Below, one piece after another: positions 59,500-64,000 of a DNA stretch of 64,000 bases. The stretch covers positions 46,252,001-46,316,000 of the forward strand of contig OX597814.1 of NCBI GenBank assembly GCA_951406725.2. Direction: 5' to 3'. Under the pieces are notes generated by a model. It saw only the letters and a list, made by a program, of their open reading frames with translations, was not told the origin of the DNA and did no database searches. Numbering within the stretch: position 1 is the first letter of the stretch; each line of letters begins with the position of its first letter. This DNA comes from Octopus vulgaris. Its lineage: Eukaryota. Made by a program: the position numbers and the translations under genes.

Positions 59500-60890
59500 T
59501 GTGGATCCCACCTCTGGGCCAGGCTCAGCCCTTTCAGCATGGCATCCAGCTCCGCCACGTTGATGTGGTTGCAGTTGTCCTTCTTCCTAAGCCAGGCCGC
59601 ATCCTCCACCACGGCACCTCCAATTTCCAGGACAACTCCCATCGCCATGCTGCTGGCATCACACCACACAATCCCCTTCTTCAATTTGGGCACATACCAG
59701 TTCCCTCTTACTGGCTCCTCCGCAGTCACCCTCTCCAAGACTTCTTGCAACATGGCAGTCGTCTTCTCGCCCATGTTATCACTCCACCTCACTCCTTCAG
59801 CTTGCCTCTTGATGAAGCTGTATGCTGTCTAGAGCCATCCCCACCACGACATCAATCCCATCTACTACACGATCAATTACAATAGCCCGCAACCTCAATC
59901 TTGTTCCTCGTACCATCATCTCCACATTGCTACTTCCTCTGCATTCAACTACTATACTATCAACAGCTCTTACACTACTCACTCCACTCCATTCTTCTAC
60001 CACTTCTGGAGTCATTAGGGTTGTTGAGCAGCTCATGTCCATGAGGGCTTGTGACACCTTTCCATTCACCACGACTTCTCCTACTAGCAACAACTGTAAA
60101 CGCGCCTCTATTCCTTTGATGGGACAACTACCAGTGCAGTAGTCTTCCTTGGACTGTTTCCCTGCATGCATTCACTAGTGATGTGGCCTATCTGTCTGCA
60201 TCAATAGCAAATCACTCCAGGCCTGGGTTCCCGTCTGCCTGTCTTTGAGCCTAGTTCTGGGATCTCATTCCCTCTCCGAAACACCAACATGCCAGCCTTG
60301 TCTCTCTGTAGCTTGAGTCCCAGAGCAGCTCCCCCCTCCATTGCCTCAGGTGGTTTGGCAGTTAGCCCAAAACTCTTCAGGCGGCTTATGACTGCTTTGC
60401 CAACACTATGCTCTCTTCCACCAGGAGGTCACCATTATAGGAATTGATGGCTCTTTTCACGTTGTCGGCCTTTCCCACGATGGTCTTGAGAATTGTGTCC
60501 ATAATCTTCTGTGCTGAATTCAGCCCGAGTAACAACCTGGTCAGGCAGTATGTCTGTCCCTTATACCTTACAAGCTGATATTTCCACAGTCTCCCTCAAA
60601 CTTACTTCTGGCATCCCCTTTCAGGGTATGCTGATAGCAGCCTACTGCATTCTGCAAATGTCAGAGGATCTCCCTTCCAGTGCCATGCCACTGTCCACTG
60701 CCGGCCATCGAACACAGTTTGAAAATCTTTGTTTGTGATGGTGTGTGCAGTATATTTTTCTTCGCAGCTCTCACCACTCTCCCATCGCGAACTCACAGAG
60801 CATAGCGCCCCCACATCACTGAACACTACACCAGCTTCATTGACCATAACATCTCCCAAAACATCAGCCTGGCTCATAACACCACAGAAA
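59500..60890 (-). mobile_element. Scrambled Gypsy-like LTR retrotransposon relic (gag zinc knuckle, protease, RT, RNase H)
   Basis: CY*CRQIGHITSEC; VNGKVSQALMDMSCSTTL; LWKYQLVRYKGQTYCLTRLLLGLNSAQKIM...SYNGDLLV; VWCDASSMAMGVVL...HINVAELDA. No LTRs or integrase seen. Confidence 0.88.
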
Positions 60891-61019
60891 TTATGTTGAT
60901 GATAATGATATATGTACACACACACGTACACACAAACAGTCACACACACACTCACACTCATTTTTAATATATTAAAGGCACAAAATATACCATTAAATCA
61001 TATGCATGTAAAAGTTATA

Positions 61020-61270
61020 TTGATTTCAAATTTTGGCACAAGGCCAGCAATTTTAGAGGAGGGGTACGTCAATTACATCAACGCCAGTTTTCAACTGGTA
61101 CTTATTTTGTTGACCCTAAGAAGATTGAGCACTGTATACAATAATTTCATTATTATTATAAAAGACAAAGATGACCTTGGCGGAATTTGAACTCAAAATG
61201 TAAAGATGGGCCAAATGCCACTAAGCATTTTGCCTGGCATGCTAACAATTCTGCCAGTTCACCACCTTAT
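61020..61270. mobile_element. SINE-like interspersed repeat
   Basis: ctggtacttattttgttgaccct...gaccttggcggaatttgaactc..; related decayed copy at ~6490-6650. Confidence 0.55.
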
Positions 61271-64000
61271 AAGTAATAGTAATAGCAAACAGTAAATATT
61301 TTTACTTAGATCTAAATTTATTTTGAATTTTATTTGACACAGTTAACTGTATGTAAGTTATTAATCCTTTAAGTTTGAATACTTAACAAAACATTAGAAA
61401 AAAATATTTTTAAATGTTTATAACTACATGTTAATTACTGATAAGAAAGAGCTGGAATCTGATTTATAAGAAAAATCTGTTTTTAAAAAAGTAAATTAGT
61501 TTAGTACTTTTATATCAATATATATGTGGGGGAGGGTATATTAGTGTATGTACAGGTGTGCATGTATAAGTGTGGATATGTATGAGAGAGTTGTTATATA
61601 CTTATTAAATACATAACTCACAGAATTGTCTAAGATCCCTCATCTTTTCATTTTGATGACTTGTCATTGTCTTTACTGCACTCCTATTCAGAGTGAATCT
61701 GTTTTCTATTTACATACTTTTTTCTTTTATGCATTCTAATAGTTCATATATATATGTATATATATATATTTTTTCTGTTATACTTTCTACTCCATCTGTT
61801 TTTGCTTCTTCAATATTATCTTTTTGCATAACTTAAAACTTTCTTCGCTGATTATATAGCCTTGATATTTATATTTAAAAGGATATCCAAAGATATGAAT
61901 AATCAGAATATGTTTAATCATCAAAATTTATTGAAATATTATTAATATATCCCTTTTGTTAATTATATTTTCTTAAATATTTTTGAATGCACCGTATTGA
62001 CCATACTTTTTTGTTACTTATTTACAGTATATAAGTAAAATTAGATGGTGTTTATTTTTACTTTGAATATTTCTTGGGGGTAAAAATCAAAAGTTGTTTT
62101 ATACATAAATGATAAACTGTATCAAATGCATTGATAGGAATATTCTAATTCAATAACATATTTTTTCCTTCATTTTAAAATTACAAAACAATTTCTTTCA
62201 CCTTTCATTGCTTAACTGTTACAAAAACATAAAAATGAATAAATAAAAGTTGGATGCTTTCAGCTTCTTTTGTTTTGAAAAATAGAATGGTGAATGCTTT
62301 TGAATAACAGATTCTGATAAACCAAATCTGTGAACAAGTTATGATTTCCATTTGAAAACTTTTTATTTCATGTATACTTAGCAATAATCCTCAGGAGATA
62401 AATCAGAAAATTAAGATGTCTTTTTTTCACTCCTCAAAATTTTGACATCATGTAAGAAATCATTATTTTATAAAATGGAAATAAAGAACTCTAAAAGTCC
62501 CTGTTTTATATGTAGAGTTTTCTGCTAACATATATATTATGTAAGAGTAAGTAATCATAATTAACATTAACTAGCTGGAATTTTTAGTGTGGATGTGTAC
62601 AATTTTTAGATATAGTACAAAATCATATTTTTAATATATTGTATTCATGAATCTTTGCTTTTAGAAGAAGTCTGAAAATGGAAAATAGGACACTGCATTC
62701 AATGCCTAAAATAATGATGCTAATTACTTTTTTTCTCAAAACTATTATTGTCATTATTATAAGAAATAAGTTGTTCTTATTTGTGGATTGTAGTATCATT
62801 ATTTTCGAAGATATTATTGGAAAATATATACTTTAGACACTAACATATTAATATCAAATTAGCTACTATAAACTCCTACTTCTTTGTTGGTATCCACGTT
62901 TGTAAAATACAAAAAGCTTAGGAATTAACTTGGTCTTAGTTATGCAACTTGTCATAATTAATGATGACCAAAGGTTACCTAAGATAAATTGAGGTAAAAC
63001 TATTACTGAGTTTAGTAGGCAAGTAAGTCTCTAAACCACGACTGACATTATAATATATTTAGTTAAATCTGTCTAAAAAAGAAGAAAATTTATAAAAACA
63101 TTGCATAAACTCATAGTCCATCTTCCATCTACTTAAGTGGCATGCCCCAAGAGATAATCAGTGGGTTATAGTGTTGAGCAGACTAGATTATATTTACTAT
63201 TGTAAAAGAACCTGTAAGATAAGCTATCTAAAATCAACAAATAAAGGTATGTAGTCCTTTAGTTTAGAGGGAAGAAGCTTTATCCTTAACCTTTTCATCA
63301 TCTCTCCTTGACTGATATGTAAAGATAACTAGACAAGATTAATATTATTACAATATAGTTTAAACTTTTGCAGTTCAATACTTATATTTTGATTTTTTTT
63401 TTCCAACAGATCAGATTGTAGGAATATATTTTGTAATTTTTCAAAGTATTTGAAGAAAGACACCAACAAAGCCTGATTGTTTATATGAATTATATATTTA
63501 TATTCTTTCTTGGTTATATTTTCTATAGTCTATTTTTGTTTACTATCTTTTGTTACTATTGCTATTACTTTGAAAGTTTCAGTTGTTATGCATATTTCAT
63601 GATCACTATACAAGTGGATAACAATCCATATTCTTTTCACACTAATATTGTGTAAAAGTTCCTATATGTGAGCTAAAATATATACCATAAAAACCCATGT
63701 AATTTGCACACCTGTGTAATTTATGCAGGTGATTTTCAGGATAAAAATTGTTAAAAAAAAGCTTCTACTCATGTAAAATTTGCGCCCAAAAGTTTTCAGA
63801 AGTGCCAGGGGGAAAATGTTTTCAATTTAATTGTATTTAGCATAATTTCACTTACTTATGATTAGATTTTATTAAATTTTCACTAAATAAAAATAATTTC
63901 TGTTTAACAAGTATCCCATTGAAAGCTATTAAATTACGAAGTGTCTGTGTTGTTTATAATAAACTTTATTTTGCATTTCTTGCCCACAAGAGATTATGTC

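Noticed and set aside
63410-63445. Strong acceptor (t10ccaacag) with a possible 36-nt in-frame exon
   Set aside because: Donor AAA|gtattt is weak and the peptide does not resemble the expected next CAPS exon (…SEDxFWKLDALQ); unsupported without RNA-seq.
63682-63800. TACC-TAAAAACCC..TGTAAT start resembling a pogo-type MITE end
   Set aside because: The partner TIR is not visible inside the window.

Overview
Very AT-rich, microsatellite-laden animal genomic DNA. The repeat landscape (kb-long (TA)n arrays, RTE LINE fragments, SINE-like repeats, Tc1/mariner relics) strongly suggests an octopus or other coleoid cephalopod; this is inference. The window appears to lie entirely inside one + strand gene, CADPS/CAPS/unc-31, a dense-core vesicle priming factor. 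Two clear coding exons sit at 30728-30884 and 37437-37578, and both are missed by the ORF track. Two frame-preserving candidate microexons flank them: 24 nt at 5172-5195 and 18 nt at 53121-53138. The introns hold decayed DNA transposons (DD36E Tc1-like, DD34D mariner, DD37D maT, pogo/Tigger, piggyBac-type MITEs) plus LINE, Penelope-like (PLE) and Gypsy fragments. The most striking unannotated layer is about a dozen minimal type-I hammerhead-ribozyme (HHR) motifs. These include a 315-bp tandem repeat with one HHR per unit (retrozyme-like) and cores showing C3-G8, U3-A8 and G3-C8 covariation. At least eight fold-back palindromes (arms about 40 bp to 1.5 kb) also occur, mostly next to (TA)n arrays. 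Nearly all ORFs in the supplied track are microsatellite artefacts. All alignments and folds were done by eye.
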